The notes below the pieces were generated by a model that did no database searches, was not told the origin of the DNA, and was given only the letters and a program-made list of their open reading frames with translations. DNA of 64,000 nt from Botryllus schlosseri (lineage: Eukaryota): positions 11,532,001 through 11,596,000 of the forward strand of contig CM119382.1 of assembly GCA_051294905.1 (NCBI GenBank), given 5' to 3'. The position numbers were made by a program, and so were the translations under genes. Positions 52,101-61,660 of the stretch are shown piece after piece (within the stretch, counting starts at the first letter, position 1; each line of letters starts with the position of its first letter).

Positions 52101-52665
52101 CGGATTGTGGCCCGCGTATAATTTCGTCAATCGAATGTGGCCCTTTGGCCGAAAAGGTTGGCCAGCCCTGGCTAGCTCTATACAGAGGCGACCCACAATA
52201 TTTCAAGTGCCATCATTATTGACCGAATTCATTCATTAACTTTGAATAATTTTTGCGCTTGGCGCGGCTATGTATTCTGGATTTTAATAACATAATTGTT
52301 ATCGATTTTGATGAGCTGTAATATAAGTCTCGTTTTTGCCGTTACCCAATCCGGTTCGCTCTTAATTGGACGACTACTAAAAGGTTATCAATATTGAAGT
52401 GGCCTGCGCAATGGTTTGAAAATCTTATGCGGCCCTTCGGCTGAAAAGGTTGGCCACCCCTGACATTAATTGTACTAGAATACACTATTACTATCAGCTG
52501 GCAATCGTTTTGATTCTTTGTGCCTGTTAGTAATATCTAGCCTATTTCATTTATAGGTACTTTGCTGGGATCGCAGAGCAGGGCTCAAAGACATCTAAAA
52601 GAAGAAAAACTGACGTTCACCCTAAAGTGATAAAGTTTGCAAAGTTGCTGAAAAAAGCTCCATGA
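49190..52665 (+). pseudogene. Spliced accessory-ORF remnant of the CACTG element (SAMD3-C-terminal-like)
   Basis: Exon-like blocks 49190-49301, 49496-49658 (one in-frame TAG), 49946-50006, about 50770-50941 (FFACFYVFNMEYPEEATAALEFVQR|) and 52557-52665 (YFAGIAEQGSKTSKRRKTDVHPKVIKFAKLL*), with canonical splice sites. The family label is recalled, not searched. Confidence 0.7.
51255..52462. mobile_element. hAT MITE containing a sister copy (51472-52170)
   Basis: Outer TIR CAGGGATGACCAAACC / GGTTGGCCACCCCTG; inner TIR CAGGGCCGGCCAACC / GGTTGGCCAGCCCTG. Confidence 0.82.
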
Positions 52666-52834
52666 ATACATCAATAAATGCTTCGACGCTACATCATTAA
52701 TTGATGATTAGTGTGTTGGTTTATGACCCGGTCTAGGAGTCGAGGAAATTGTATGTGGATTTACCAGCAAATCGGGCATACTATTACTGTGATTGTGTCG
52801 TGATTCCGAAGTGCGCCAAAGAGTCGTATTTAGC

Positions 52835-53140
52835 TTTACAAATTAGCAGTAAATTTACTAGCAAACAGTATTAATCCTACTGTTATTAGCCGTAATTTCA
52901 TTGACTGTCTAGAAGCAGTTTTTAGTTTTACAATAGGGAGTAAATTTACTGACAAACCAGTAATAAATCTTACTGGAATCAGTATTTAGTTTTACATTTA
53001 GTCAGTAAATTTACTAGCAAACCAGTAATAAATCTTACTGCTATAACACCGTAATTTAATTGACTTTCTGGAAGCAGTAATTACATTTACAAATGGCAGT
53101 AAAACTGCTGCCTGCTATTTGAGCAGTAAATTTACTGGTA
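52835..53140. repeat. Right subterminal degenerate tandem repeats with palindromic AGTAAATTTACT core
   Basis: Core occurs four times, near 52848, 52939, 53004 and 53125. Confidence 0.85.
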
Positions 53141-53342
53141 TTTTTTTAACAGTGTATTTCTGAATTTTATGGTCTGAAAAATGGCATTCATCAACAACTT
53201 TCACGAGTAAGATCAGACTGTTATGTTTATATCGGGGATATAACCCCACGATTATTACGGATATTATTACACTCAAGTTTTATTATGCTATAGCTATATC
53301 GATGGTGATTTTTTTTTTTCAAAATGGCGTCTTCATTCCCAG

Positions 53343-53474
53343 GTTCAAGCGCAGGGTGAACGTAACAGACGTTCTTTCGTCAGACACCTTGCAAGAACTG
53401 TCGAAGTTTGCTGGCTGCAGAGGTAGTCGTAAACCGAAAACATGTTCAAATTTTTGTCATGACAGAAAGTACAG
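53343..53474 (+). CDS. TPO: TPO-like, exon 4
   Basis: (R)FKRRVNVTDVLSSDTLQELSKFAGC...CSNFCHDRKYR, phase 2-2. Confidence 0.92.
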
Positions 53475-54074
53475 GTATGTGCAGAATTAGCAGGAACCCG
53501 AATTCGTACCAGATCGCTCACAATTCGAATTTATTCGAAATTCGATCACCGAAATCTAATCCAGTGTCGCAAATGTCAATGGCAAATCAGGGAGAACTTT
53601 TCAAATTCATCCTAATCCTAACTCATGATGATACCCGATTATCAATCGGTGACATTATAATGACGGAAGGAAGCAGAATTGTATCCAGGCCAGTAAAGTA
53701 ACACTATTGGCTCCCTACAGTCCCTAGTCACTACACGTGTTATTACATATTGTGGTGAGGTGAATAGAAAATTTTCAAATTTTTTATTAATTATTTTTAA
53801 ATAATAAATAGAAACTTTCTTCTGCTGTAGCAAAGCGGTTACTGGCTGGAATTGAACCAAATTTTGTGTGTAGGCTTAGATTAGGTAACCTAACAATTTT
53901 ATCAAGTAGCCAGTACGATTTGAGAAAAAAATAGTCATTTTTGAAGAGCCATAATGAGCATTGAGCATTACGAGCAATCTATACGGCAAATATCACACTT
54001 TGGGCAACGGAGTCTTCATCGTACTATGAGAAATACACTTTAAGCGTTTTACGAAGCCGTATACCCTTTTACAG

Positions 54075-54283
54075 AACTATATCAGGCGAATGCAACAACC
54101 TACAAAATCAGTACTGGGGCTCCGCGAACAACAAGCTGAGGCGTTGGCTTCCGTCACAATACGAAAACGATTTCACGGAGCCGATGGGGTGGAATTCAGA
54201 ACAACTTCGCAACGGTTTCAGGCTTCCGATGGTCCGGAAACTATCGAATGAAATCATCCATACCAGCAACGACAATATCACAG
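54075..54283 (+). CDS. TPO: TPO-like, exon 5
   Basis: TISGECNNLQNQYWGSANNKLRRWLPSQYEN...GW...GFRLPMVRKLSNEII. Confidence 0.95.
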
Positions 54284-54900
54284 GTGGGCATGGGCATGTG
54301 TCATACCCAACGAGATGGATTTGGATAATATTGCGAAAGTAGCTATAGCAAATTCCCCATTCATCTAAAGGCGTAGTTGCTTTCGTTTTGTTAGGGTGAT
54401 ATTTTACAATCAAGTTCGTCATGAATGAGACCTTTCAATCCGAATATTTACTTACGAGCCTAGCCTTAAAAGGCATTCCCTCCAAATTCTGAGTAATACG
54501 GTTTCCAACACAGGCTATACGATACGCTGATATCATACACAGACTAGTCTTCTAGCTTGAGTGATCACCAAAGCTGCGTAATAAACATGTACTCAGTTTT
54601 AAGAAAAAAACATATTTGTGAAACAATTTTCGGGTCGGATTGAGAAGGTATACTCACGAAACCTGATCCTGCAAACACTGGTAAAAATGATTCAAGGGAA
54701 ATTGAAGAAGTTTCGATTTTGCTGTGATTTGGAATGAGTATTTTAACAACCGCGAGTAATTCTCGCGGGCCTGTAAAAAGTGGACTAACGCAACACACGC
54801 GGCCCCCATACCAGGTTTTGGACCAACCTTTCATGAGCAATATTCGATTGCACCCTTTCGTACCGCCTGGAAGATATGGAGACATAATGTTTCATTTCAG

Positions 54901-55055
54901 ATGATGATCTGTACTCTCACATGATCGTCGTATGGGGCCAATACATCGACCACGACTTTGATTTCACGCCGCAGAGTCTCAGCACTTCGACATTTCAAGG
55001 CCTGACCAACTGCAAAGAAACTTGCGCGAACTCTCCGCCCTGCTTTCCTATAATG
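54901..55055 (+). CDS. TPO: TPO-like, exon 6 (distal His)
   Basis: DDDLYSHMIVVWGQYIDHDFDFTPQS...CKETCANSPPCFPI. Confidence 0.96.
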
Positions 55056-55793
55056 GTAATCGACAGCATGATAACATCTGTGACTGATGAATTTTTACCT
55101 GGAGGCTCGAAATATAAAAATATCAACTGCGAAATAATATTAATAAGTAAAATTGATTTAACTTTAGAATAGGCAAGGCTATGTTCTGTACGTCAGGGGG
55201 GCCTGATCTTGTCCATTGTCCGTATTATACGCAACTTGTAGAATAGGATGTCTATCTAATACTATAGCCTACTTACAACAGTCGCTATAGGTTGATATTG
55301 GCATGATTCGTCGACCGAACTTGGCTTTACATAGCGGCAGTTTGTGTTGTTTGCAGTATACTTCGATTGAATTTGAAAGGCAATATCATCTTGGTCGCAA
55401 GTATGTAGCGTATTCCTGTTAGCAGAGGCCTATAATTGCAAATGCTTCACTGAATTCAGAGTATATCCCGGTCTGAACACGGTTACAGGGGAAGTAAAAG
55501 ACAAAATATCAATGTTTAAAGGGGTTTCTCGCGTTATCTAGCAATATATGCTTCATTATTCGAGCAATTTGTATCATAGGCATCTAGGGACGTGGTTCTC
55601 AGCGACCTGTCCATGCTAACATTCTTGCCGGTCCGCCAAATACATCGCGATGTTAGATCTCATTGTAAAATACAAAAAGTTGTACACGTGTCAATCAACT
55701 AGGAAAACAAAACACTATATCTAATTTTGAATAAATTTTGAAATTTGGAACGTTTTTATCCGCATCGTGTCATGCATGGCCTAGGGCCTAGGC

Positions 55794-56548
55794 CAGGGGC
55801 GGGCAACTTCTCCAGTCGGCGGGCCGGATATATGTAAATTAAGCACTTGGCGGGCCGGCTTGTTGAATCGACACATTCGCCCATTTATCCACATTCCACA
55901 TATACAAGGTGTAAATCGTATTTAATGAATGTATGTTACCGACATCAATGTCACTTCAAAGCCTTTTCTCGCCCATAATGACGAATGCAATGTGGATTCG
56001 AGAACAGCATTGTCATACAGGCGCCGCCATGTCTGCTTCTCTCTGATCAATCAACACACGATGCAATCACTAATGGAGATTTCAAGGCGTTCGATAAGCC
56101 CGGTACCCCAAATTTACCAAGATATCAATTCATTAGGGCTGAGTAGATGACGAGATAGCGTCGTTGTTCAACTGTGTGGCCTATTTTATCTTGATATTGA
56201 ATTCATGCGGACCGCGGCTTCTACGACATTTGAAAATTGGCCCGCAACCCGTTTTGAGTTGGCGACCCCTGGCAAAAGTAGGAAATATCGGCCTGGTATA
56301 AATGATCATTGTAGTCGACAAACGCCATGATTACCACAAACGATATTTGGGTTGAGTACATCATAAATGCGGATAATGCAAGTCTTCCCGCTTCAGCAAA
56401 CTTACGCGAAAGCTCCACTCTCGCACACTGCGCAGTGCCTATGCATGTATATAATAACATACAGTCACTAAAATTTGAAGTAGTAAGCAAGTAGCGGGGA
56501 ATCTCGTCAGACTGTAGCACTTCGCGGGCCGTATATTGCCCGCCCCTG
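55794..56548. mobile_element. hAT MITE in TPO intron 6
   Basis: TIR CAGGGGCGGGCAA / TTGCCCGCCCCTG; perfect TSD GCCTAGGC. Confidence 0.92.
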
Positions 56549-57082
56549 GCCTAGGCCATAGGCCATGTGTCATGATATAAAGTTCATTATCATCTTTGGC
56601 GTTAGCGTACATCAAAATTCTGCAACTGTTGTACCATACTGTATAGTAGCCTACGACTCGTTTAAGACCAGTTATATGTTGTCGTTATTTGTGGTGACTG
56701 ATATTATTTATCGTTCTTGGGTGCCTGCCGACTTGTTGCACAGCGCACTTGTAGGCTAGTTATATATGATTGGCAGGAAGTCTTTTTTAAAGAAAATTCA
56801 TTAGATTTCGACAGTTGTGTTTTTCGGCATTCGGAAGTATAATAGAGGCTAGCAAACAACAAGGCCCCAGCTCTTTTGCATTTTGAATGTTCACCAGTTC
56901 GCGAAATTTGTTTTGAAGGTTTAAGGATCCCCAGGTTGAGAACCACTGATCTGGGTAGCTTATCATGGTATGTATGTCCGACTGTCCGAGTTTGTTGATG
57001 CAAATTCTTCTGTTTTTTTAGTCTTGTGCTTGAACTTAGTTCGAAAATTTCAAGTTCACACTGATTTCGGTCTTTCCCGCAG

Positions 57083-57238
57083 ATCCCAGGCGATGATCCA
57101 CGGATAACAACGGCGGATTGTATGCCCTTCTTCCGGTCGGCTGCGGTCTGCGGTACGGGAGAAACGGCCGCATTTTTTGACAGCGTGGCTCCCCGGGAAC
57201 AAATCAATGCGGTCACCTCTTACGTCGACGCCAGCACG
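57083..57238 (+). CDS. TPO: TPO-like, exon 7
   Basis: IPGDDPR...CMPFFRSAAVCGTG...PREQINAVTSYVDAST|GTGAGT. Confidence 0.96.
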
Positions 57239-58477
57239 GTGAGTGTAATCGGATTATGCTACACGGGCGGTACTATTACGCAGCATCTTTACGTCGGCGT
57301 GTTATCTCGGTCAAGGTTTGCTGCGGGATTCCGGGTTATACCTCATTGAATCTGAAAGAAATGCCGACCGTTTATGGCGCCAACACCTTTGTGTAAACAA
57401 ATGCTTATTCTTAAAAATGATATAACGATGGGCTTTTGTCATTGCTGAGCGCACCCCAATCGAATCGTGTTTTGACAGAATTGGTTTAGCTGATTAATGG
57501 CAGATTATGACTATTCTCCTTACATTTTGCAAACTTCTCTAATTCCACAACAGACGATACAGCAACCCGTACTACAGTGGTTTAATTTCGAACAATATGT
57601 CTATGGTTAATTTGGTTATGGGTCACTCGCCATGTTAAATCGCCCCAGTGAACGGGCTACATTGATTTTATATTGTTAGTTAGTGCACATTACCCCCCAA
57701 AAGGTGATGCAGGTAAACAGAAGCTATATGCTTCACCTCTTCGGTATATTGCTATATCAAAGGTATATCTGGCTCATGTTCACAGACTGATATTGGTGTG
57801 AAAGAAAATTTTGCACGAAAAGGTGCCCATGACCAATGATGACAATGATGATTTGTACTTACCCTTGGGAAATTGAAAATGTCGTCCGATGACGCGTAAA
57901 TGTCCTCCATTTTGGCAATTCGTCCTATTTTACAGCTTTTACAGCCAGGCTTATGGACAGGGTCAACTGAAAATCGGCATCAATGACGCGAAATAGGTAG
58001 TGCGGTCGTTCGAGCGGGCCATTGAAGAGTCGAATCAGAGTGATGGCCGTTTTTTTAGTCAACACCACTGAAGTACCGTAAATAGGGGGTAATCTGGGAG
58101 TTGGATTAAAGTAGTGACATTTTTTTTAGTCAATACGATAGCAGTATAGGTGAAAAGCGGGTGAATCGGAAGTCGAATCGGAAGGATTACTATTTTTTAG
58201 TGAACATCACAGAAGTATCGTAAAAAAGTGGGTAATGCGGGAGTCGAGTTAAAGTGATGATAATGTTTTGGTCAACACAACAAGATTTGCAGTAATATTT
58301 CAAAATCAGCTCTTTTCAATTTATGATTTTTAAAAAGTGTCCACCTTACCGGATTCCAAAATATGGTAATCCTACCATATGGTGGCGGAAATCGTTGGAA
58401 TACACGATTCGCGTTTATATAGTGTGTATCAAAACTATTGTGGTGTTAAATTCAACAGCCGGTTATCATCCTTGCAG

Positions 58478-58565
58478 GTTTATGGTAGCACCGACTCTCT
58501 CGCCATGGCAATTCGAAACACCGAGACGGACGAAGGACTAATGAAAGTCAACGACAGATTCGACG
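58478..58565 (+). CDS. TPO: TPO-like, exon 8
   Basis: VYGSTDSLAMAIRNTETDEGLMKVNDRFD, phase 0-1. Confidence 0.93.
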
Positions 58566-59004
58566 GTATATATATATATATGAAATTGATATTGACAAAT
58601 ATGACATTGACGCCACGTTAAAACATTGGGGATAATTGATTTGTAAAATCAATATCGCTATGTACATAGGCTATTTGTGTCAATTATAGATTATATTCTC
58701 GATATGCAGCGCTATATCACCCAAATATTGCGTGGCGCAATATAACTAGGTATAAATCACAATTGTGCGTCGCTTTCTGTCTTTGTTTTGTATGAGAGGT
58801 ATTCGCTTGAACTATATGTTGGCCTACTTCATAACGTACGCACAACCGCACCCATGCTACCGTGGGTTGTGGGTGAAATAGCGAGGTTAAAGCAAATGTT
58901 TTAGTAACAAAATTAAAATCAACAATATCAATAAAGTAAACGTCATTAAGCTGCTAGAACTAAATTTTGCCACCTATAGCAAGCAGGCATACTAACAAAT
59001 GATG

Positions 59005-59792
59005 ACTATTGCTTTTTTTGTACCTAAAAAAGGAAGATTTTGACATAAAAATCAAAATTTCGACATATTTTTACCTTAAAAAACTTAATTTCGACCTAAC
59101 CTATGCAAATTAGGTGTTTTCCCACATTCTATACTAGAATTGTACTACTTATTTCATTTCTGGTTGGAACTGTCCGTTCTTACGAAGTAGTTTGGCCTGA
59201 AAAAACTTTTTTGACTCAAAAACTGACAAATTGTTACATGAAAAACTCTATTTTAACGAAATCTGACCCTATGAAGAATTCCAGTATTTTCTTCACGTAT
59301 TATGGTAGAAATAATTAAAGTTTGTTGTAGTACAACGAAAGATACTTACATTCTCGGGTAGAAAGTGTCTGTCTTTACTAAGTAGTTTGTCAAGAATGGA
59401 AACTGCTGCTGACAATGGTGTCTACATCATAATTTTTCATCATGCGCTTCTTGATATAAGAACCATGCTATGCCCACGCAGTCTTGCTTCAATTAGGATA
59501 TTGCAGTACGTGGAGCATAACACCATGTCAACCTATTTGTTTTATTTGAATGTTTATGCTTCACAATGAGCAGACGACGGCCCGTCTACAACGGTAGGCC
59601 TATAAAGTAGGCTACAAGCTGTAAAATGTCAAATGATAAGTTCACCGACAGTGCAAAATCTACGATATACAACCGAAATGCGGGTTGCAAAAAAAAATTT
59701 GACTTTGTGAAAGATTTTGACATTTTTTGTCCTAACGCAACAATTTTGACTAAATTTTAACTTTTTTTTGACATAACAAAATAATCGCCCTA
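59005..59792 (-). mobile_element. hAT deletion derivative (23453 family), one end decayed
   Basis: Colinear with 31647-32505; terminal AATCGCCCTA at 59792. Confidence 0.82.
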
Positions 59793-60177
59793 AATTAATG
59801 ACCAACACTACACCGTAAACGACAATCGTGTATTTCGCCGATTTCTGCTGTATAGGTCAGAGTGCGCAAATCCGGTAAACGGCATTTTCAGGTTCAAGAT
59901 TTTGTTTTCACATGCCTTCCAGTGGGTAGAAACAAGTCAAATATACCAAGTCTTATCGAGACATAGACATATCCCTGGGGCGGAGTGCACCACCCCTAGA
60001 AGGCACACAAAAGTGACACATGCACGTAAATGTAAACCCAATGCACCCCAGGGATATATCTCCGTAAGGTTTGGGTGCGAAAGCAAAAGTTTGTTCCAGA
60101 ACGTGCTGATATCCTGATATACACCAACCATGCATTCAAAGTGTACGAAATTGTGCGATGTGTTCCACTTAATTTAG

Positions 60178-60283
60178 ACGAAGGCCGGGAATATCTACCA
60201 TTCAATCCGGCGAACCCGTGCGTGCAAGATCCGTCCGATGCAAGCGGCGAACAAATTCCGTGCTTCCACGCTGGCGATGGCAG
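60178..60283 (+). CDS. TPO: TPO-like, exon 9 (distal Arg); gene continues beyond window
   Basis: DEGREYLPF...CVQDP...IPCFHAGDG-R|GTATGA. No following exon (expected ASE/VNE..L..LH) found before 64000. Confidence 0.95.
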
Positions 60284-60852
60284 GTATGAGAGCGACTGCT
60301 AACGGGATCGTGGAATCCATAGACGTGATACTTCCATACCGAGCTGCGAACAGAGGTGATCAAAGTAGTCCTCAAGTAGAAGTAACGCTGAAAATTGCTA
60401 CTTAACTACAAGTAGAAGTAGCAAACAATATCAAAACTACTTCAAGTGGAAGTCGTAAATGAAACGTTTGAAACGTACTCAAGAAGATAGCATCAAAACG
60501 TATAGGTTTGGTTGAGGGCTGCATAAGTTTAGAAGGTAATCTTAGGACGGGTGGCACAGATGCCGGTCAATCCGTGATGGCCGATTAAAGTTCAGTGATC
60601 GACCTGCTTCCGTTGCACAGATGAAGATTATCCACTAATCGGAGAATTTTAATCGGCCAAATTTGAACCGCCGAATGAGGTATCTTAGAAGCTTAATCGA
60701 CTATTTGATGCCCTAACATGTCTCGCAGATCAGCCCGAACTTATCGCCAGGTGACCTTGCTGGCGGATTAGATTATCCCCGATTAAGGCGATTGGAGATT
60801 ACTTTTCGATCGGCATCTGTGCAATCCACCCTAACGCAAAATAACTAATGAC

Positions 60853-61324
60853 TGGGGCGATTTTATTGACATGTTGAATTAAGTCACGGTGTGTCATCAG
60901 CAGTGTACGCACAACCAACAACTGCTGCTGTTGAGCGTTATTTCTCCATTCTTGGCAAGCTACTTAGTAAGGACAGACAGAAAGGTATCCTTTCGTTGTA
61001 GGTTGTACTACAACAAATTTTAACGATTTCTACCATAATACGTGATGTAACTACTGGAATTCTTCATAGGGCCAGATTTCGTTAAAATCAAAGTTTTTTC
61101 AGGTTATAATTTGTCAGTTTTCTATTAGTCAAAAACGTTTCTTCAGGCCAAACTATTTCGTATAGACAGACGGTTCCAACCAGAAATGAAGATAAGTAGT
61201 AGAAATTTACCATTATGTGCGAAAACACCTAATTTACATACGTGAGGTCAAAATTGGGTTGAAATTATTTTTTTAGGTCAAAAATTTTAAAAATCTTGAA
61301 TTTTTAGGTAAAAAAATCGACCTA
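60853..61324 (+). mobile_element. hAT deletion derivative (23453 family), shorter internal deletion
   Basis: TGGGGCGATTTT / AAAATCGACCTA ends; QPTTAAVERYFSILGKLLSKDR at 60912-60977. Confidence 0.82.
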
Positions 61325-61660
61325 CTAATACCCAAACGAATCTGTAGATGGAATATTCGTAAATACATTCAGTTATCCTGATATTTTACTATTTCACGAG
61401 GCTCTTACGACGATTGCACTCATAAAAGTGATGCGAACACACCCGAGAACTAATTTCTACTTTTCAAAATCCAAATTGTAAAAAGTAAACTGTATAAGCT
61501 GTACTGGAATTAGTCTAACAATATAACGACTTGAGCAGAGATGGTCAAAGTAGTAATCGCCGGTACTCAAGTAGAAGTCGAAGTAACGCAGTCAATTTCT
61601 AATGCAGCTTAAAAAACTGAAAACTCCCAGTAGAAGTTGAACTACTTGGTTACTGACCAG

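Larger units (their letters stand above)
48387..53154 (+). mobile_element. CACTG-terminus (EnSpm/CACTA-type) element in TPO intron 3
   Basis: Ends CACTGTTAGAAAAA / TTTTTTTAACAGTG, each flanked by TA (2-bp TSD); subterminal tandem repeats at both ends; contains a spliced pseudogene. Confidence 0.8.
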
